DNA from: a virus
Lineage: Duplodnaviria > Caudoviricetes
Strand: one strand, 5' to 3'
Length of the DNA: 26,026 nt
IMG/VR virus record: IMGVR_UViG_3300017754_001452
Span: 1 to 26,026 of that record
Position numbers and translations under genes: made by a program. Below the pieces are notes generated by a model. The model saw nothing but the letters and a program-made list of their open reading frames with translations. It had not been told where the DNA came from and ran no database searches. Shown in pieces: positions 8,549 through 16,016 of this stretch; position 1 is the first letter of the stretch, and every line of letters starts with the position of its first letter.

Positions 8549-8929
8549 TTACTGGCCTTTCATGGCGTCTGAGAGGGTGCCGAACGGATCGAATATTGCG
8601 CGGGGCAGCGAGCTTTGACCGGGCTGCCTATGCGTGGGGGTGATAGGGTTGACGTTACGGTTTGTCGCAACGCCGCCGACGCCCTCACGGGTTTGTTTCT
8701 GCATCATGTATTGCTGGAGCTTTTGCGTCTCCATGTCGGTGCGAGGCTGGCCCTTTTGAACCTTCTGCATAATCGCGGCATATTCTTCCGGGGACACGGC
8801 CATGCCCTGGATGGTTTGCGGAGCCGCGCCAATCATGAGGTCGCTAAGAGCCGTCGCTTGCCCAGCCTTGGGTTGCTGAGCTTGCGCAGCCTGCGACATT
8901 TGCATGAGCTTCATGAGCAGGTCTTGCAT
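8549..8929 (-). CDS. Hypothetical Gln/Met-rich protein, probable internal virion protein
   Basis: 126 aa, TAATG-coupled to the gp7-like gene. Confidence 0.65.
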   Translation of the reverse strand: MQDLLMKLMQMSQAAQAQQPKAGQATALSDLMIGAAPQTIQGMAVSPEEYAAIMQKVQKGQPRTDMETQKLQQYMMQKQTREGVGGVATNRNVNPITPTHRQPGQSSLPRAIFDPFGTLSDAMKGQ

Positions 8930-9468
8930 TAGCCGCCCCCGAACAGACCGCCCAGAGCGCCGAAAATGCCACCCTTGGATTTCGCGGTTCCCTCGGCAGC
9001 CTTGGAGCCCAGCGTAGCGCCGACATTGGCTTGCGCGCCAGCGGCGTCGAGGCCGACAGACTGTTGGTTCATGAGGTTTTTCAGGAAGTCGCCAAACGAG
9101 CCCTGCGCCAGATTGGCGGCGGTCGTCTGGAATACCTTACCCGTTCCACTGGACCCCAGAAGGCCACGCGCAGCAGCGTTGGACGTGACGCCATTAAGCG
9201 CAGCGTTCTGGGTATCCTGGAAACCCGTGCTTTCGCGGAATTTGTCGAGCCCTTCGGCACCGGCAGTTCCGCCACCCAGACCAAGCAGCGAGGAAATAAG
9301 GCTGGTAGCCCCAGTGCCAGCAGCGGCATAGGGGTCAAAGCGGGCTTGCTCGGTGTTTTTCAGGCCGGTTAGGGCTTGCCCGAGATATTTGCCTTGTTTT
9401 TGGCCTGCGAGGTTCCCGAAAAATCCGCCAAGATTAATCGGGGCACCGCCAATGTTCTGACCAGCCAT
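8929..9468 (-). CDS. DNA transfer / ejection protein, P22 gp7-like
   Basis: PYAAAG...LLGL...F.ESTGFQ...NAAARGLLGS pattern and Gly-rich termini. Confidence 0.75.
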   Translation of the reverse strand: MAGQNIGGAPINLGGFFGNLAGQKQGKYLGQALTGLKNTEQARFDPYAAAGTGATSLISSLLGLGGGTAGAEGLDKFRESTGFQDTQNAALNGVTSNAAARGLLGSSGTGKVFQTTAANLAQGSFGDFLKNLMNQQSVGLDAAGAQANVGATLGSKAAEGTAKSKGGIFGALGGLFGGG

Positions 9469-9478
9469 ATTGACCTAC

Positions 9479-9733
9479 TTACTTGGACCCGACGGGGCCT
9501 TTGGTGAGGAAGCGGAGATACACGTTCAGGACCGCGACCAGACCCAGGACGCCAGCAACAGCCGCGTCGAAAGCGCCAGAAACGGTGTCGAATTGTGCGC
9601 CGACAGCTTCGGGGGTGAGGCCAGCAAGCTCAGCAGCCGGGATGACACCCAGCGCCGTCAGGGCCGCAGCGACCATGGCGATACCCTGCACGATGAGGGT
9701 TCGGTAGCCTTTGATTTTAGCCAGAATATCCAT
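9479..9733 (-). CDS. Putative holin / two-TM membrane protein
   Basis: 84 aa. KGYRT followed by a hydrophobic helix, second helix ending LRFLTKGPVGSK. Confidence 0.6.
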   Translation of the reverse strand: MDILAKIKGYRTLIVQGIAMVAAALTALGVIPAAELAGLTPEAVGAQFDTVSGAFDAAVAGVLGLVAVLNVYLRFLTKGPVGSK

Positions 9734-10098
9734 TAAACATTCTCCGGTTTTGCTGTTTCGTTCACCTTAGCCATGGCCTGCACGGCCTGCAAGGCGTCGT
9801 TGCGCTCAGCGGTGATTTGCTCGATTTGCTGCTCTTTCTGGGAAATCTCCACATGGGCGATATCCACCGCAGCCTGCGCCGCCAGATTGAGCGTTGCCAT
9901 TGCAGCGCCGAGGTCCAGGCCGAGTTCAACCGCCTTGGCGGCATTGCACTGGAACGGGCCGGAAGTGACCTTTTCACCGTCGCTGTAAGTTTTTACGGTC
10001 ACGTAATCCACATGGTAGCCAAACCCACGCTCGGGCTGGTTAATGTCGTGGATTTGAGCGTAAAAGCTCACAACTTTGTTTTCGGTCGAGACAAGCAT
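9733..10098 (-). CDS. Hypothetical protein with C-terminal coiled coil (tail-fibre associated?)
   Basis: 121 aa, GAGGA SD, heptad-like C-terminus. Confidence 0.7.
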   Translation of the reverse strand: MLVSTENKVVSFYAQIHDINQPERGFGYHVDYVTVKTYSDGEKVTSGPFQCNAAKAVELGLDLGAAMATLNLAAQAAVDIAHVEISQKEQQIEQITAERNDALQAVQAMAKVNETAKPENV

Positions 10099-10110
10099 TC
10101 TTTATTCCTC

Positions 10111-10959
10111 TTAAAACAATTCGGTGATTAAAATTAGTCCGTCGCCACCACGGCCACCTGCGCCACCAGTGGCTCCGCCGCCGCCACCACCACCGCCAGA
10201 GCCTCTGCCGCCAGCGCCACCAGCGCCTCCGACACCAGCGTTGCTTGAGCCACCGCCAGAGCCGCCAGACGCAAACAAGGGCTTGAAAGAAGATATACCA
10301 CCGTTTCCGGGGTTTGGGCCAGCGACACCGCCTGCGATTGTGGGAATAAATCCAGTTGCCGTAATTGCGCCACCCGCTTGGTCGGCAGCCGTTACACCGC
10401 CACCACCAGCGCCGCCGCACACGATACGCGCCGGAGTAACAGACGCACCAGCAGCAGCGACAGCGCCACCCAGAGCGCCAGCCGTACCGGCGATGGCGAC
10501 GAAAGGCCCAAGGTCGGAAAACATGCCGTTTGTGCCGATTGCACCAGCCGCACCAGCCGCACCAGCAGCAGCGCCAGTACCAGTACCGCCCGCGCCACCG
10601 CCACCCACGGTGTAGACGTTGAACACGGTTGCTGTGGGTGGACGAAACCCCAGGACGCTAGCGCCACCAGCGGTTACCGCAGCGCCACCTACGCCTACCT
10701 GGAAAAACAACGTGTCAGGAAGAATGAGCGTGGGGAGAGTAATACGGAAAATGCCTCCACCGCCACCGCCGCCACCGCCACCGCGAGCAGCACCAGCAGC
10801 AGCGGTGAAGCCGTTACCGCCACCGCCACCAGCGCCAATCATCAGGATTTGTAGCGCCACCACGTTCGCCGGGACGCTGTAGGACTGCCAATCAGCACCC
10901 TTTGCCGTCAGGATTGTGGAACGCTTGTCGATCCTGATGATTGGAGCCGGATCAAACAT
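10111..10959 (-). CDS. Glycine-rich tail fibre tip / adhesin-like protein
   Basis: 282 aa. Y.VPA.V..LQILMIGAGGGGG start and GGDGLILITE end, typical of phage Gly-rich (polyglycine) domains. Confidence 0.8.
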   Translation of the reverse strand: MFDPAPIIRIDKRSTILTAKGADWQSYSVPANVVALQILMIGAGGGGGNGFTAAAGAARGGGGGGGGGGIFRITLPTLILPDTLFFQVGVGGAAVTAGGASVLGFRPPTATVFNVYTVGGGGAGGTGTGAAAGAAGAAGAIGTNGMFSDLGPFVAIAGTAGALGGAVAAAGASVTPARIVCGGAGGGGVTAADQAGGAITATGFIPTIAGGVAGPNPGNGGISSFKPLFASGGSGGGSSNAGVGGAGGAGGRGSGGGGGGGGATGGAGGRGGDGLILITELF

Positions 10960-11369
10960 TAGTAGTCCCCGCCAACCGCCGTAACGGCGTAGCCACCAGC
11001 AACAAGCGTGCCGAGCGTGACGAAAATAGTCCAGCCAGCGGGAAGGGCGATGCCAAGCGGAAGGTCGAGGCCGACAATGGCGGCGATTTCCGTGTTGGTT
11101 GTGGCTGGCAAACCGACTTCCTCGTAAAGAATATTATTGGTCGCCGTAGCGTTTGTTCCGCCATTGTTGAGGAATACCCGCAGCACCGTTGCCACGTTGG
11201 TTCCCCTGGGGCGTATTTTCAACTTTTGCACGAAAGCGCCATCAGCGCCCGCCGTGAAAATTGTGCTGACCGTGCCTGTGCCGTCTTTTGCCGTGTTCGC
11301 GGCTGTGATGCCGTTAACGAAAGCGATATTCGGAATATCGGTGAAAATTGGGGCTGTGTTGGCAACCAT
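10959..11369 (-). CDS. Small beta-rich tail fibre adaptor-like protein
   Basis: 136 aa, GAGG SD, TAATG-coupled to the Gly-rich gene. Confidence 0.7.
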   Translation of the reverse strand: MVANTAPIFTDIPNIAFVNGITAANTAKDGTGTVSTIFTAGADGAFVQKLKIRPRGTNVATVLRVFLNNGGTNATATNNILYEEVGLPATTNTEIAAIVGLDLPLGIALPAGWTIFVTLGTLVAGGYAVTAVGGDY

Positions 11370-11381
11370 TAGAAATACCTC

Positions 11382-14180
11382 TTAAAAATACGTCGAGTTA
11401 CGAATGCCCATAATCAGGCCGATGCTGACGCCGCCAGAGCCGCCGCCTGGAATGGTCACGTCAACCTGTCCACCACCAGCGTTTGTAGCCGTAACTCCAG
11501 CGCCAACAAAGTTCAAAGTTGTAGCGCCAGCAAGGACCGAAACACCTTCGTCTTCTACGTCAACGCCGCCGCCAGACGAGACACTGAGACTCCCGGCGTC
11601 AATAATATTCCAGGTCGTGCCGTCATATTCAAACGTGCAGTATTGGTTGGTAGCCGTAAGCGAGAACGTGGTGCCGCCAGCAATATCCCAGTTAAATGCA
11701 CCGCCGCCGAGACGAACGAAGTGGGCCCGGTCGCCGTTGCGAGCGCCCGTGGTCGAAAGCGTAGCCGTGCGCAGAGCGGTAAGGGTTGCGTTTCCGCGAA
11801 TTACAGGGGCGTTGGTTAGGCGGGTCCATGTGAAGGTGTGCCCGGCATCCGTCGCAATCGTTGCGGTGCCTTCTTCCTTTACGCGGTTCCAGCCCGTACC
11901 ATCAGATTGCAGCAAGCCTTGTCCGCCGCCGAGGTCGGAGCAATGGATGAGTCCGGTAGTCGTGATCGTCGGGAGCGTTCCAATAGTGTAGGAGCGCGGG
12001 CGGAAAATACGGTTGCTATCAATAACAACGTTAGCGCCGTACATGCTAAGGCCGCTCGCGTACTGCCAGCGCATAAATTCGGTAAGCGTCACGCTCCCCG
12101 CAGGCGAGAGGTTGACAGCCATCCGCCCCTCCATGTCTGTAGCGGAGGGGGTTGCGGCAACAACGCTCGTGATGATTTGGGAGACGGTTTGAAACGCCGC
12201 TCCGTCATACCCGTTGAAGTTGTTTGCCCCGATTTGGTCCAAAGAGGAAAGAACGGTAGGTGCGGCGAACGTCCCGCGAGCGTGGCGTTGGGTAATGTTC
12301 ACCCCACCGCTGCTCGTCTGGTAGCGAGTAAAGTTGGAGACGCCTACTGTATTGTCCCCAATTACGTTAATCGCGGCCCCGCCAGTAATGCTGACGGTAA
12401 GTCCGTTACCGCCAGAATTTGAAACAAAAAGCCCGCTGCCGGAGCCAATGCCGGTAATGGTCTGGTTATCTGTGAAAAAGTTGGCCAGCGCGAGCCCGGC
12501 CTTCTCCGTGTCAAGCTCGTTGATAGCTGCCTGGGCGTCGGTCGCGACGATATTCCCGGCAGGGGTGTTGGTAATTTGCGCCGCGTCGTAGTCGCCAGAC
12601 AGAGCCACAACCGCGCCGGAGCGACCGAACACGCTGGAAACGCCGCCAGACGAAATGCTGAGACTCCCAGCATCAATCAGGTTCCACGCGGCCCCATCGT
12701 ACTCAAACGTGCAATATTGATCCGCAGCCGTGAGTGAGAATGTCGTGCCGCCAGCAATATCCCAGTTAAAAGCACCACCGCCAAGGCGGACAAAGTGCGC
12801 CCGAGCCCCGTTGCGAGCGCCCGTGGTCGAGAGCGTAGCCGTGCGAACAGCCGTGAGGGCAGCGTTACCGCGGATTGTGGGTGCGTTGGTAAGATAGGTC
12901 CACGTAAAGGTGTGGGCCGCATCGGTCGCAATCGTCGCCGTGCCTTCCTCTTTGACGCGGTTCCAGTTGGTGCCGTCAGATTGCAGCAGGCCGGGTCCAC
13001 CGCCGAGGTCGGAGCAATGGATGATACCCGTCGTGGTAATCGTAGGGAGCGTTCCAACGGTGTACGAGCGCGGACGATGGATGCGGTTCTGGTCGATAAC
13101 GATGTTGCCCGTGCCGCCACCGCCAACCTGAATGCCTCGATCCACATCAACGCGGAACATGCCGTTCGTGAGCGTCGTCGTGCCGGGCGCGATCAGGTTT
13201 ACGTTGAAACTTGCGCCGGAAGCCGTGTCGGTCCAATTTTCGGTGGCGGAAATGGAGATGTTTGCGCGCGTACCAATAACGGCTGTGGTGCCATAGCCCT
13301 GTCCTGCCATAGTTAGCAGGTTTTGACCGCTTAGAACCCCCGACGGTGCGGCGGCGGTTCCGTTTGAACGCTTTCCGATATACTGTGACGAAGCGCCGTA
13401 GGTTTCAAGAACAACCCCCGTGCGCGCTCCACTGTCCGCTCCGACAATGTGTAGCAGCGCAAGCCCCGACAGAGACATGGGCGTTACGTTCAGAGTGATC
13501 TGCTGTTGCAGCGAGAAGTTGTTCACCGCGTCTATGCGCGGCAATTTCAGGTCGGTATAGGCGCAATCCTCCCACTCGCCAGCGCCAGCCGTCTTGCGAC
13601 CCAAGATGTTGTACTGCGCCGCAGCATTGATGAGCTTTGCAAGCGCGACCGAATTGTCAGCGTTGCTTAGTTTTTCAGCATCAAGCTCGTCAATTGCGCC
13701 CTGCACGTCGGTCGCGGCAATGGAGCCAGCAGGGGTGTTCGTTACCAGGGCTGCCGAATAATCACCAGCTACAGCAACTACGTTACCAGAGCGGCCAAAG
13801 ACGCTAGCGACGGGGCCGGAGCCACTGGCGTTAGACGTGATCGCCCAGCCATCTTCCAGGGACCACGTAAGTGATTTTCCTGTCGGAATTACGTCTTTCC
13901 AGACAATGGTGGGGGTGCCCGACACGTCAATGGAAATCGTCAGCGTGAGGTCCGTCACGCCGTTATTGAATATATTGATGTTTTTGATTTGACGCTGGGT
14001 TGACGCAGCGGGAGCCGACAGTATGGTTACCGGGGTCGTGCTGTTGGAGACGCTGAGTTGCTGGCCATCCGTAAGCGTGGTGGTCGTGAGGTCGGCATAC
14101 GAAACCTGAATAGGCCATTGCGCGCTGGGGACGCCAGACAGCACAGCTTGCAGGGTGTTCGTGGTGGCGACAAGAATCAT
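11382..14180 (-). CDS. Tail fibre protein with internal tandem duplication
   Basis: 932 aa, Thr/Gly/Ala-rich. VxSVFGRSG and ATDxQxAIxELDxEK fibre motifs each occur twice. Confidence 0.85.
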   Translation of the reverse strand: MILVATTNTLQAVLSGVPSAQWPIQVSYADLTTTTLTDGQQLSVSNSTTPVTILSAPAASTQRQIKNINIFNNGVTDLTLTISIDVSGTPTIVWKDVIPTGKSLTWSLEDGWAITSNASGSGPVASVFGRSGNVVAVAGDYSAALVTNTPAGSIAATDVQGAIDELDAEKLSNADNSVALAKLINAAAQYNILGRKTAGAGEWEDCAYTDLKLPRIDAVNNFSLQQQITLNVTPMSLSGLALLHIVGADSGARTGVVLETYGASSQYIGKRSNGTAAAPSGVLSGQNLLTMAGQGYGTTAVIGTRANISISATENWTDTASGASFNVNLIAPGTTTLTNGMFRVDVDRGIQVGGGGTGNIVIDQNRIHRPRSYTVGTLPTITTTGIIHCSDLGGGPGLLQSDGTNWNRVKEEGTATIATDAAHTFTWTYLTNAPTIRGNAALTAVRTATLSTTGARNGARAHFVRLGGGAFNWDIAGGTTFSLTAADQYCTFEYDGAAWNLIDAGSLSISSGGVSSVFGRSGAVVALSGDYDAAQITNTPAGNIVATDAQAAINELDTEKAGLALANFFTDNQTITGIGSGSGLFVSNSGGNGLTVSITGGAAINVIGDNTVGVSNFTRYQTSSGGVNITQRHARGTFAAPTVLSSLDQIGANNFNGYDGAAFQTVSQIITSVVAATPSATDMEGRMAVNLSPAGSVTLTEFMRWQYASGLSMYGANVVIDSNRIFRPRSYTIGTLPTITTTGLIHCSDLGGGQGLLQSDGTGWNRVKEEGTATIATDAGHTFTWTRLTNAPVIRGNATLTALRTATLSTTGARNGDRAHFVRLGGGAFNWDIAGGTTFSLTATNQYCTFEYDGTTWNIIDAGSLSVSSGGGVDVEDEGVSVLAGATTLNFVGAGVTATNAGGGQVDVTIPGGGSGGVSIGLIMGIRNSTYF
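11569..12032 (-). repeat. 464-bp direct repeat, copy 2 (pairs with 12643-13106)
   Basis: Colinear, equal-length alignment. Both copies encode NxVIDxNRIxRPRSYT...IDAGSLSxSSG, with mostly third-position differences. Confidence 0.9.
12501..12641 (-). repeat. 141-bp diverged repeat (pairs with 13671-13811)
   Basis: VSSVFGRSGAVVALSGDY...ELDTEK versus VASVFGRSGNVVAVAGDY...ELDAEK. Confidence 0.85.
12643..13106 (-). repeat. 464-bp direct repeat, copy 1 (pairs with 11569-12032)
   Basis: Offset of 1074 bp (358 codons) from copy 2. Confidence 0.9.
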
Positions 14181-14181
14181 A

Positions 14182-15222
14182 TTAAAATCCTAGCGAAACC
14201 CTAGCCATTACTTGCGGATGATCCAAGCCCGATACACCACCAGACCCAGGTTCACCTTCAATCGACAACTGCACAAATGCGCCAGCGACCATGGTGCCCA
14301 CGTTCCCAGCAGCCAGCGACAGCGTAGCAAACTGCCATTGCCCCACGTAGGAGACGCCGGGAGCGTTGAGGTGGTATCCCGTTGCGGAGCCCGTTGGGTC
14401 GGTAGCAACGCCACAAATGGACGTGCCGAGGGCTCCGTTGGCGAACGTGGTCGAAATCAAATAATACGTTCCCGCCACCATGGTAACAGGCGTGGGAAGA
14501 TCAAACCTGACGGCGCGCATATCCGTGGTGCCAACGGTAACTGTGTTGGTGGTGCCCAGCACGGTATCCACAGTCGCCGCGGTGACGTTCTGAATATCCG
14601 GGGAGCCGATGGTAACGCCGGTCAGGCTGGAAATCTGCGCCAGATATTGGTCGGTCGTGGCTGCGGGATCGATCCAGGCCGTAATATGCGAGACGGTAAT
14701 ATCCACGTCGGGTTTAAAAATAATACCCTTGGTCGCGAACGCCGTGCCAGAGCGCGTGCCCGTGAAGGAGCCCGACGCACCGCTGAAAAATGAGCTTCCC
14801 GAGCCACCGCCGCCCGTTTGGTCCACCCAGGCCGGATCAACACCCGCGCCATTGGTGGAGAGAACCTGACCCGCGACCCCAGGGGGCAACCCCACCCACG
14901 AAGCCGCCCCACGATAAAGCACCGAGCCCTGCGTGGACGCGATCTGGTCGAGGATTGCCGAGGCATTGGCGTCGATGGTGATAGGCGCGTCTTTGAGTGC
15001 GCCGCCGCCGTCCAGGCCAGCACCCGCAATAATCTCTGCATTTTCAAGGGTTTGAATATTCCGCTCAATTCCCGCGAGCGAATAAACATAGTCCACGAGC
15101 CGGTTCCACTGGGTCGCAAAGAACTCAGTGGCCATCCCGCCTGGGGTTTTTACGATAGGCGCGTAGCCGATAGGGTCAACACGCCGCTCTTTGACGGTCT
15201 TAGGAGTTGTCGCCATCGCCAT
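14182..15222 (-). CDS. Tail needle/fibre-like protein (P22 gp26 position)
   Basis: 346 aa. Short N-terminal coiled coil, GSVLYRG...GQVLSTNG...PAW fibre motif, beta-rich C-terminal domain. The true start may be ATG 15216. Confidence 0.7.
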   Translation of the reverse strand: MAMATTPKTVKERRVDPIGYAPIVKTPGGMATEFFATQWNRLVDYVYSLAGIERNIQTLENAEIIAGAGLDGGGALKDAPITIDANASAILDQIASTQGSVLYRGAASWVGLPPGVAGQVLSTNGAGVDPAWVDQTGGGGSGSSFFSGASGSFTGTRSGTAFATKGIIFKPDVDITVSHITAWIDPAATTDQYLAQISSLTGVTIGSPDIQNVTAATVDTVLGTTNTVTVGTTDMRAVRFDLPTPVTMVAGTYYLISTTFANGALGTSICGVATDPTGSATGYHLNAPGVSYVGQWQFATLSLAAGNVGTMVAGAFVQLSIEGEPGSGGVSGLDHPQVMARVSLGF

Positions 15223-16012
15223 CCCCCAGTCGGACTTTGAGCGACTGAATACGCTTCAGCGTGCCCTCATCCTCAACTTGGTAAATGCGGCCTGGAGCGC
15301 GCACGGACCCGAGGTTGCGGAACATGACATTAGCGTCACGCACGCCAGCGGTCATGGTGACAATCTTGTCGGTGGAGAAGGTTTCGCCCTCATTGTCGGA
15401 GTAGCGAATAATCACATCACCGCCCCGCAGGCCGATGGAGCCGAAAAGCTGGGCGTCGGGATTTTTCACGTAGCGACGAGATTGGCTCTCGATGCGCCCC
15501 GTGGCCTGGAAAGTATTCGTGCGGAACGAGTCGTCCAGGACAGACGTGGGATCGATTGAGACGAGCGAGTTGTCGGTGAGGGACGCAGCGTAATACACGT
15601 CATTCCAAACCGTGTGGAATTGCGCGTTCCACAGTTCCAGCGACCCAGACGCCCATTTTGCCCACTGGCCCGTCGTAGTGTCGAATACGTAGGTGCCCTG
15701 GCCCTGGACGTGGATGCCGTAGAAAAAGTGCCCATCAATATTATAATCGAACGACATTGCGGAAAGCGGAAGGGTCGGAATGGTCCCCTCCGCAGCAATG
15801 ACGAGCGCGTCCATATGTTCAACCCTGAGCACCGTTCGTTTTCCTTCGTCGGTCCCGATTACCGAGGTGTCGAATTGCTGCGCTCGCAGATACGGAGCGG
15901 CTTGGGCTCCGATAAGCGAGATATCAAACTCTTGCACGCGAAGCTCAGTGCCAGCGCCAAAGCCAATGACGCTGGTATCAAGCTGAGAAGTTCTGAGACG
16001 GGAATCTGCCAC
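15200..16012 (-). CDS. C-terminal half of P22 gp10-like tail hub (packaged DNA stabilization) protein, with N-terminal repeats
   Basis: IDGHFFY...TYVFDTTTGQW, IRYSDNEGETFS and FRNLG...RIYQV motifs. GTG start with a weak SD. Confidence 0.75.
   Translation of the reverse strand: MADSRLRTSQLDTSVIGFGAGTELRVQEFDISLIGAQAAPYLRAQQFDTSVIGTDEGKRTVLRVEHMDALVIAAEGTIPTLPLSAMSFDYNIDGHFFYGIHVQGQGTYVFDTTTGQWAKWASGSLELWNAQFHTVWNDVYYAASLTDNSLVSIDPTSVLDDSFRTNTFQATGRIESQSRRYVKNPDAQLFGSIGLRGGDVIIRYSDNEGETFSTDKIVTMTAGVRDANVMFRNLGSVRAPGRIYQVEDEGTLKRIQSLKVRLGDGDGDNS
15794..15997 (-). repeat. Four 18-20 aa protein repeats LRxxx(L/F/M)Dxx(V/L)I(G/A)
   Basis: LRTSQLDTSVIG, LRVQEFDISLIG, LRAQQFDTSVIG, LRVEHMDALVIA. 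Confidence 0.85.
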
Positions 16013-16016
16013 ACCG

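Noticed and set aside
10140-10835. CCG/CCA-rich short repeats as a CRISPR array or satellite
   Set aside because: They are glycine codons of the Gly-rich protein, with no repeat-spacer periodicity.
11569-13106. Diversity-generating retroelement TR/VR pair in the tail fibre
   Set aside because: Mismatches are mainly third-position and involve all bases rather than being adenine-specific. Both copies are in frame in one gene, and there is no reverse transcriptase in the window.
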